64,000 nucleotides of DNA from Rhina ancylostomus (Eukaryota). A model generated the notes under the pieces. That model ran no database searches. It was not told the origin of the DNA and worked only from the letters and a program-made list of their open reading frames with translations. Made by a program: the position numbers and the translations under genes. Location of the stretch: assembly GCA_030265395.1 (NCBI GenBank), contig JARFYF010000056.1, positions 16,397,065 to 16,461,064 on the forward strand. Direction: 5' to 3'. The stretch's first letter is position 1. Each line of letters begins with the position of its first letter. This document shows positions 54,659 to 64,000 of this stretch, piece by piece.

Positions 54659-57600
54659 GTTCATATGGACAGAATCAAGGAGATGGCCTCCCTGAAGCAA
54701 CAATCTCTCTGTTCAAGGCAGGGATGGAATGTTGTCTGAGCATAAGCCAAAAGCTCTTTCGAGAGGACCTGGCTTCCATCTAATTTCCTTAGTCGCAGTG
54801 CTTACCCATTCATGGTATGTGAATTGTCGTAAGTGAACAGTGACTGATCTCATTCCAGCTCTTCACATTGCCACAGAGTAGAAAAATCAATCCCCAGTCG
54901 AATCAAGTATGTATATTCACTCTCGGCTCGGCACCCTGCCAAGTTCCTTTCCACACTATGGTTCCATTCTTAAGCCTAAAGCAAGATGTGTGTGTTTCTT
55001 GTTAACGATACAGCAGTGGATCCCAGTGATTCCAGGTGAGTTGGAAAACTGACAGAAAGTTGTCCACATACACCAAATTTTTGTTATTCTGTCAACCGAG
55101 GTTACATTACCAACAAGTTATCCCTTTGGTCGAAGGTAGTCTTAAAGAAAGAGTAGGGTAGAAGGGTAAAGAAAAACATTTCCTGAATCTGAATGTTGTA
55201 GCCAAGGGAGAGAGAGACGTACATTGTCATGTTTGGAGGAATTAGATGTTCAGAGGAGGGGGTTATGGGCCGAGAGGAGATTACATAGATTAAGAGGGTT
55301 TAGGCCACGGAAGGATTTGGATGCAATTATATTTTTAAACATAAGGCACAGGGATATATGATTGAAGAACATGAATGATGAATGTGGCTGCAAGCTGGCG
55401 TTCAAACCCACAACACTCCTGACCATAAGTCATGTATCTCAGTGATAGGGTTCTGCTGGTTCTGCTCTATCAAGGGAACCCTGCAGTGCAGGAACACTCC
55501 CCTAGAAAATTCCTAGGATTTGTTTTGGAAACTGCACAGTCCTGGGAGGAGACCATCTCAACTGGTTCCATGTTAAAGTATACGTCATTGGGGTTCTTGT
55601 ATGGATTACTGTATTGAGATAAATCACTTTTGTAGTTTATATACATAAATATATTAGAAAGAGATTTTTATTTAGGGACTGCTCACTGTGCTTCCAGTGT
55701 AATGGATCAAAACTGACAATGCTTTCATCCAGGATTACCACATAACTATACTGGGAAATGTTAGAATGTGTCACAGCTTGCTGCATTCCTGACTATTTAA
55801 CATTAGAAATCGGAGAAGACCAGTGTCTAAAATCAGGCAATTACAAAATTGTTTTCCCAATGTATCTGTCAAGGATTCATGCCCTAAGGGTCTTTCCAAC
55901 TTAACTTCAGATTCTGTTAGTTTTTAATTGGAGTGAAAGTAAAGGAAACAACTCAAAACCACAACTGCCTACAATGCACCTACCTAAACAGTGGTAGTCA
56001 TGGAGGTTGTAGTCATGATCAAACTTAAGATTCCAGTACCAACCCTGAGGGAATCCTGAAATCAAGGTGCTGACTTTCATTATCGGATGATAACCAAACT
56101 TCATCCTGAATGCCCTCTCATGGATGGAAGTTGAACCTGTGATTCGCTTTTACAGTGTACCCACAAGCCACAGCTGTAATCTGCAGCCACAGAACCATTT
56201 GATCCATCATCCTGTGCCTCCCCATGAAAAGTTATCCAATTAGTGCCACGTCTGCCCACTCTTTATCCATACCTCTGCAATTATCTTTTCTCTTGTGACA
56301 TTCACAGTTTTTTTTTATTTTCAGCTGCATTTTAAACATGTTTAAAACTGTGTAACAATAAGACTATCAACCCTCAGTTCCATTGATGTGCAGTTCTGTC
56401 CAACATAAAAGAAGAAATCACATTTACAATATACAGCTATTGCACGATACAAAATCCAGAGACTGCACTTCCCCACGTTCTCATCTATAAATAGAGTAAG
56501 ACTGCAGGTTAAAAACAGTTTATGCAATTGGTCCAAACAGATTGAACTCTAGTTATTAGTATTAATAGCAGCTCTGCTCTTATTCCGATCCTGAGGTGCT
56601 TTGTTAATTATGGATATGAAGAAAAAGAACCAAATACATTGATTTTATTTTGCCCATCTCTACCAGACCATCAACTTCCTCTCACACCTCCCTCTAACAT
56701 TTGTACAGAAGAAGGGCTATTTGGTGTTCTAACTGCTTCTAGTGCCTGATTCCACCTTCTCTCTTCCCTATTTATGATGAGTTTCTATGCCAAAAGGGAA
56801 ACAACAGCCTGGGGGAGGGGGAAGAATTGAGATTAACACTTTCAACGAGTTGACATAGTGACAGTGGGATGAATGGCCTTCAGTTCTGTTGTGTGTTCTC
56901 TGGAATCTGCAGTTTTCTGCCCTTCATCTGCTTATACAATTACTTTTGAAAGTTATAATTGAATCTGCTTCTACCAGCCTTTTGGGCAGCAAATTCCATA
57001 TCAGAATGAAGGTTGAATAAAATGAAATCTTCACATCTCACCCCCACCACCACCCACACACCCCATCACTCACCTTAAATCTGTAACATCCGCTTACTGA
57101 CACTCCTCCCTCTCAAACCCCTCCAATTTTGTAACACCCCTTGTCAAATCTCCTCAAAGCCTTTCTCTGCTTTAATTATATGTAGGTGGTGGCATCATGC
57201 ATTCAGTTTTATTAGTAAAGGAATATTTTATTGTCACCACTTGATTATGTTTTTATTTCTCCAAAGATAAGAATAGCAAGCCAGTGCGAATACAGCTCCT
57301 CGTGCTGTGTGTCCTTTTCATTGTTCTGATTAGAGGTGTCTCCAAAACCCAGGAGTATGTTATATATATCCCTTCTCCCAGGGAACTCAAGTTAATTTAA
57401 GAATCTTTCATTTGGTTCAAATATAATTAGGAGGAAAGCTGGGAATCAAAGTAAATCTAGAAGACTCTTTCTCCTCCTGGGATTTGATTTTCAGTTGGGT
57501 GAAGACCTCCCTCTTCTGTTGAATCAGTCTGGTAAGTCTGCAGTTGCTTTTAATCCAGTGCTTGCTTCATTGTTTGGGAGAATGATGTCAAATTAGTTGA

Positions 57601-58629
57601 CTTCCTGGGTTCTACTGTAACCTTATCCTTGCAACAAATCTGTAGACACCATGGGAAACTGGGTTATGTTGAGCTAAGGAAGGTATCAGTTTCATCCATG
57701 AGATCATGCAAAACCAGCTCAAGCCAAATTAAAATAATTTGTATTTATATAACAAAATTGTGCATTTAGATAGCATCTGAGTGATGTCGAATGAACTGAT
57801 GAGGTAGGTAAAATTGAGCCTGTTCTTGGGGCCAGAACTGGAGGGGGGTTGAGATCTCAGGTAGTTGTGGGGTTGCTCTGGGTAACAGAGATAGGGAGGT
57901 TATGAAGGAATATGACGGCAAGAGTGGTTTCTGTAATGCAATGAAATGACCCAGGTTTCCTGACAGGAGTGAACAAATTGTGACACCCAGCCAAAAGTGG
58001 GCGCATTAGGGCAGGTGATTAAAAGCTTGCTGAAATAGGTGGATTTTAGAACTGGCTTAAAGGAGGGACAGCTGCAGAGAGGCACAGAGGGTTAAGAGGA
58101 CTTAGGGTCCAGCTGAAGCCACAGTTACCAAAGGTGGATCAATGCAAGTCAGGAACATGCAACAGCCATAAGCAAATCTATTTCTTGTCACCTGGGCCTG
58201 GGGGGGGGACACAGCTCACCTGTGGGGTCACCCAGCAGAGCTCACCAGTGGNNNNNNNNNNNNNNNNNNNNNNNNNNNNNNNNNNNNNNNNNNNNNNNNN
58301 NNNNNNNNNNNNNNNNNNNNNNNNNNNNNNNNNNNNNNNNNNNNNNNNNNNCCACCCCCCCCCCCACAAACCTATGATTAAGAAAATTTAAATAAAATTT
58401 TCCTCTTTTTCAAAACACCCCTACTTCAATGCCATGCCATGACTCAATGCATAGCACCTTTCATCTCAGAATCAGAAGACTACGGGTGCAAGTCCATGCC
58501 AGAAATTTAAATGCAAAATGAAGGCTGACACTCCTGTTGGAGGTGCCATCTGTCTGCTTGGGTAGGGCACTAAAGCTTCCAGATAACTTAGGGATGCTAG
58601 GAAACCAAGAGGCCAGTGACATTAGTAGT

Positions 58630-60255
58630 TCTAGAGTCATGAAGTTGAAAGTACAGGAGTGGACCCTTTGGGCCCACCCTGTCCCTGCCAACCGCAATGC
58701 CTATCTACACTAATCCCATTTTTCTGCATTAAGCCCCTATCCCTCCACTCCTTTCTTATCCAACAGCATGTTCAAATGCCTTTTTAACACTGTAATTGCA
58801 TCTGCCTCTACTACTTCCTCTGGCAGCTTGTCCCAGATAAACATCACCCTCTGTGTGAAAACCTTGTCCCTCAGATTGCTTTTAAATTTCCCCTCTCACC
58901 TTAAACCTGCATCGTCTATTTTGAGATTCCTCCATTCCAGGCAACATCCTGGTGAATCTCTTCTGCACTCTCTCTATTTCTACCACATCCTTCCTGTAGT
59001 GTGATGACCAGAATTGCACACAATACTCCATGTGCAGCCTGACCAGTGTTTAGTACAGATGCAACATGATTTCCCAACTGTTCTACTTGCAGCCTATTAA
59101 GGCAAGCATGCTGCATGCCTTCTTCACTGTGCTATCCACCTCTGTTGCCATTTTCAGAGAGCCATAAACTTAAGGTCCCTTTATATAAGGTCTCCGTCAT
59201 TTAAGCATTTGTCTTGTTAGCACTTGACATCCCAAAATGCAATACCTCACACTTATCTGGATTAAATTCTATCTGCCACCACTCACTCTGTATCTTTCCA
59301 CAACCTCCTTTGCTATCTACTACACCACCAATTTTTGTGTCATCAGCAAACTTACTAATCAGTCCACCTATATTCTTATCCAAGTCATTTATATATAACA
59401 ACAATGGTCCCAGCACCAATCCCTGTGGTACCCACTGGTTGTAGACTTCCAATCAGAAAAACACCACTTGACCACTATCCTCTGCCTCCTATCACCAAGC
59501 CAATCTTGCATCCAGTTTGCCCACACACCCTGGATCCCACGTGCATTAACTTTCTGGAACAGCCTACCACGTAGGACTTTGTCAAAAACTTTGGTAAAGT
59601 TCATGTAAACCACATCTACCATACTGCATTCATCAATTTTCTTAGTTACCTTCTCAAAAATTTCAATCAGATCAAATTTCAGTCAGATAGGACTTCCCCT
59701 GCACAAAACCATGTTGACTCCACCTCATCAGTCCAAGTAGGAATGTTTCCAATAATTTCCCTACTATCGATGTCAGGTTCATTAGCCTGTAGTTTCCTGG
59801 CTTAACCCTACTGCCCTTTTTGAATAAGGGTATGACTTCGGCTATCCTCCAGTCTTCTGGTACCTCACCCGTGGGTAACATAAGTGTCACAATGTTGATC
59901 CAGAGCAAACTCAGAGAACCCAAATGCGGCACACCAATACACGACTGGAGTCAGGATACTTCCTCAGGACAAACACAGGCAANNNNNNNNNNNNNNNNNN
60001 NNNNNNNNNNNNNNNNNNNNNNNNNNNNNNNNNNNNNNNNNNNNNNNNNNNNNNNNNNNNNNNNNNNNNNNNNNNNNNNNNNTGGCAAGGGCTTCATACA
60101 GAGGATTCTTGTCCGCTGGGTTCATGGTGGCCAGAGTATTCTGTCACAATGTTGATCTGGATCAACATTGTGACAATAAGTGCAAAGACCTCTGTTAGTG
60201 CCCCAAAAATCTCCTCCCTTGCATTCCATAGCATCCTGGGATAGATCCTGTCAGG
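58630..60255 (-). mobile_element. CR1 LINE RT-to-3' fragment, interrupted by a small insertion
   Basis: ORFs TGEVPEDWRIAEVIPLFKKGSRVKPGNYR, VDVVYMNFTKVFDKV, VPQGLVLGPLLLYINDLD..SKFADDTKIGG; frameshifted. Confidence 0.85.
59885..60175. mobile_element. Small TG...CA element with perfect 20-bp TIRs and 5-bp TSD (solo LTR or non-autonomous TIR element)
   Basis: TGTCACAATGTTGATCCAGA (59885-59904) and TCTGGATCAACATTGTGACA (60156-60175); ATAAG at 59880-59884 and 60176-60180; the CR1 reads through when it is removed. Confidence 0.85.
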
Positions 60256-61410
60256 TCAGAAAATGATAGAGTCTATTATTGTGGAAGTGAAAACAAAAGC
60301 CTAGGGAAAAATCAACAGGATTAGGCAAAATCAACATGGATTTATGGAAGGAAAATTGTGTTTCACAAACCTACTGGAGTTTTTTTTTTGAGGATGTAAC
60401 TGGTAAAATTGATAAGGGTGAACCAGCAGATACAGTGTATTTGGGTTTTCAGAAGACCTTTTAATAAAGTCCCACATGTGTGCAAACTGAAAGCACAAGG
60501 GATTGAAGGTAATATATAAGTGTGGATTGAAATTCGATGACAGAAATAAAATAGAGAGTAGGAATAAAAGGTTATTCTGTAAGGTAGCAGGTGCTGTTTG
60601 GGCACCAGCTACTCACAATGTATATCAATGATTTGGATTAGAGAACCAAATGTAATATTTCAGAGTTTGCTGATGTCACAAAGCTAGATGGGATTGTGAG
60701 TTCAGAGGAGGATGCAAAGTGGCTTCAAGGCAATTTAGGAAGTTGAGTGTATGGTTAAATACTTGGCAGATATAGTATTACATGGTTAAAAGTGAAGTTA
60801 GAGTTAACACAAAGGCAGAGAATTGTTTAAACGGTGATAAACTGGGAAATGTTGATGGCCTTGTGAGTCAATCATCAAAAGTAAACATGCCGGTTCAACA
60901 AGAGGTAAAGAAGGCAAATGGTAGGCTGGCATTTGTTCGAGGTTTTGAGTACCAGTGCAAGGATACTATACTACAGCTGTGCAGGGCCTTGATGAGGCCC
61001 CACCTGAAGTACTGTGTGCAGTTTTGATCTCCAAACCTGAGAAAGGATATACCTGCCATTCATGAAGTGCAACGAAGATTCAGCAGACCAATCCGGTGAT
61101 AGTGGGACTGTCATGCAAGGAGAGATTGTGTTGAGAAGGCCTATATTCACTAGACTTTAGAGAAATGAGAGGAGATCTCACTGACGCATACAAAACCTAT
61201 GCCTGATAGACTGGATACAGGGAGATGGTTCCCCCAGCTGGAGGGCCTAGAACAAGGGGTCACAGGCTGACTACAGAGGATAAAATATTTATTACCAAGA
61301 TGAGAAGACATTTCTTCACGCAGAAGGTGGTGAACTGTGGAATTCTCTTTTCAGTGGGGTAAGAAGCCAAGTTGCTGAATATGAGAAGGAAAAAGGTAGA
61401 TTCCTAGACA
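60255..61410 (+). mobile_element. CR1 LINE RT-to-3' fragment (different subfamily, opposite strand)
   Basis: caacatggatttatg (QHGFM), tatatcaatgatttgga (YINDL), gagtttgctgatgtcacaaagcta (EFADVTKL), ORF 60782 LCRALMRPHLKYCVQF. Confidence 0.8.
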
Positions 61411-62862
61411 CACAGGGAAGGGTGGTTGTCCCTAGTGTCCTGATCAATATTGATCCTTCATTCAACTGCAGTAGAATGGATTCCTGACTCAAAATCAAAA
61501 TGCATATTGTGGAACCTTGCTGTGCACATACTGCTGTCTCTTTCATTTCAACAATGACCGGGCTTCAAAAGTACTTCCTTCAGTGTCAAAGCTTTGGGAC
61601 AACTTGATGTCATGAAAAGCGCTGCATAAATGCAATTTCTTTCTCATTCAGCATTGCAAGTGTAGACTTTCCTATAACAAGAATAACTGTGTAACATCAG
61701 TAAGCAGTTCTTTAGTTTNNNNNNNNNNNNNNNNNNNNNNNNNNNNNNNNNNNNNNNNNNNNNNNNNNNNNNNNNNNNNNNNNNNNNNNNNNNNNNNNNN
61801 NNNNNNNNNNNNNNNNNNNNNNNNNNNNNNNNNNNNNNNNNNNNNNNNNNNNNNNNNNNNNNNNNNNNNNGTCAGAGACTCATTACTGGACTGAATGATA
61901 TTTCACTGTTTATTATGCAGCCTTTATTCCCAAGACCCACAATTTTTGTAAGCAACAATAAACTTCTAAGGAAAAAATTTAAACACTCAATTATCCAGTA
62001 TTATTGCTGCTGCAATTTTGGACTTGGGAATTACAGCCTCCTCTTGTTTTTTTTTGTTTAATTCCTGGAGAGCTTGAAGCAATCCAGAAGATTGGAAACC
62101 TTACTTAGGAGAGACAAGAGCAGCCTGCTGCTAGTGTTGTGAAGAAAGTCAGCACTATATTGGTGTTAATCAAAGGCAGCAGCTCAGGGCAAATTAATGG
62201 GATCCCTGGAGGATACTGTAGACTCCAAGTGACAAGCAGGACAGATGAACTGAGCAACAACATTGTCCCTGTGGTCCTTTAAACAATAACTTTGTTCATA
62301 AGATAGATGGTTTCTTTTGAAATATATTTTGGAAGTGTCATTAACTATTTATTTCTCTGCTTAACTTTTTCATACCTTCATAAGACCATAGAAAGAGTAG
62401 GAAACTATTAATCACTTCAAATCTGTTCCATCATTAATTTGATTATTGCTAATCCATATCTCAAATCCATCTGATTTGCAACCCTTAACTCCTGTACTGT
62501 GGTTGAGATTCATCCATCAACCAACAATGCTATCATAATAAGGTTATTATTGCATTGAATTTTGCAGGACCAGCTGCACACAAATTGGCTGTCACATTTC
62601 CAACATGAGTGGTGACAAACGTACTTTAAAGGTTCTTGGCTATTATCCACTATGACAGCTCAACATTGTGAAAGCTTCAAAAGATGCTTGTTTTCTTTCT
62701 TGCCTAACAATCTCAGATTCTGTATCAAAGCAATAAAGTTAACTTACTACACCTAGGTGTTTGGACAATGAAGGGACCTGTTGAAATAAACTGTTTAATA
62801 CACTGAAAGAATATGCAACTAATTTGTGCTGATGTTTTAATTCAGAAAAATAAGGGTCTTTG

Positions 62863-62937
62863 GGTTTGAGAGGCCATAGCTGAATGCCTATTGGTCCCTT
62901 TGGAACCAATAGGTTTTTAGCCATGGACTCTCAAACC
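62863..62937. repeat. Long imperfect inverted repeat (36-bp arms, 3-nt loop)
   Basis: ggtttgagaggccatagctgaatgcctattggtccc-ttt-ggaaccaataggtttttagccatggactctcaaacc; 32 of 36 positions pair counting 2 G-U. Confidence 0.85.
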
Positions 62938-64000
62938 AGACCAATTGGACCAATGACCTGAATATATTCTGATGGACACTTATTTTCTCTGAAACTGAAT
63001 GGCAGCATCAATGGGAGCATATCCTGTGAAAGAATTTCAACTCAAATGCAACATACATAAACAAAAACTATTTAGAAAACCTGTTTAGAACCATCAAACT
63101 AAAAGAAACAGAAAGAATGTGTGTTAACTGATCAAATAAAAAAGATTGGTGTTTCAAAATTTATTGGTTTAAAACATTTTGATTAGATATGCCTCAGCCT
63201 TCTGAACAAGTAAGTAAATGCCATATTTCTATAATGTATTAATTTAAGCCCGGTTATCATTCTCGTGAATCTATGCCAAAACTGAACCTGAATCTCTGGA
63301 TGGACTCTGGCCAGTGCTCAACAAAACTAGCGAGTCACTCCTTCATATCTGTACTTCAACTGCCCTTTGTTTTTTGTCCCTGTTTTTAAGCTTTAACTAA
63401 GTTTTACGTATTGAACATAAATCCCTTCACTTCTCAACAGTGCCTTGTCTTTCACCATTGAGAAAATGTTCTGATTTCTCTTTCCCAAATCCAAAGGATC
63501 TTGTCCTTGCTCACACTGAACTCCATCTACCATCGTTTTCTTTTTTTGACACCTTAGTTCTCTGATTATTCCAACACACACCTGGTTGGTCTCCTTGTAA
63601 TCAAGAAGTCATCCTATATTCTGCTGTCCATTTTCTAATTCGCACTAATTCCCTCGCACCCATCTGGCATTATTTAAAGGTCTTGTCTATCCCTATCTCT
63701 GTAAACTCCTCCAACCCTGAGTTCTCCACTAATTCTGGCTCTTGTTTCATCCCTGATTTTAACTGCTCCACAATTAATAGCTATGGCAAATACCTTAAAC
63801 ACTTTCCTCCTTTCAGGTGTTCCTTAAAACACACTCCTTTGATCAAGCTTTTGGTCAATTGCATTTTTACAGCTGTATCAAATTTTGTTTCTCACAATCC
63901 TGTATACTGTGAATGTATCCTGTACACAATCCTGTATACCTTGGAATGTTTTATTATTTTAAAGACGCTATAAAAATTCCTTTGATGTGGGTGTAGAGTC

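Overview
Vertebrate genomic DNA with an elasmobranch (shark/ray)-like repeat landscape and many assembly gaps (N runs). One complete protein-coding gene is present: PLPP7 (PPAPDC3/NET39, inactive phospholipid phosphatase 7) on the minus strand. It has two coding exons (51343-51784 and 25319-25689, 270 aa) separated by a ~25.7 kb GT-AG intron, and an upstream region with MEF2, E-box, CCAAT and ZNF143-type motifs. A CpG island at ~7.8-8.9 kb carries YY1-like motifs and a minus-strand splice donor. It is probably the non-coding first exon of the next gene, PRRC2B by human gene order (inference only). The rest is decayed CR1, L2, RTE and Penelope retroelements, V-SINE and DeuSINE-like SINEs, MITEs and tandem repeats. 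The most unusual items are: (1) a 51-bp tandem repeat (~14 units in three blocks, 8509-10857) whose best units resemble a same-orientation extended CTCF site (core plus upstream TGCAGTTCC module); (2) a small TG...CA element with perfect 20-bp TIRs, a 5-bp TSD and a terminal 34-bp palindrome, inserted in a CR1; (3) a 36-bp-arm hairpin at 62.9 kb; (4) a His-to-Gln change in the PLPP7 C2 motif; (5) decayed hammerhead ribozyme motifs in Penelope termini. Repeat boundaries and family names come from reading by eye and are approximate.
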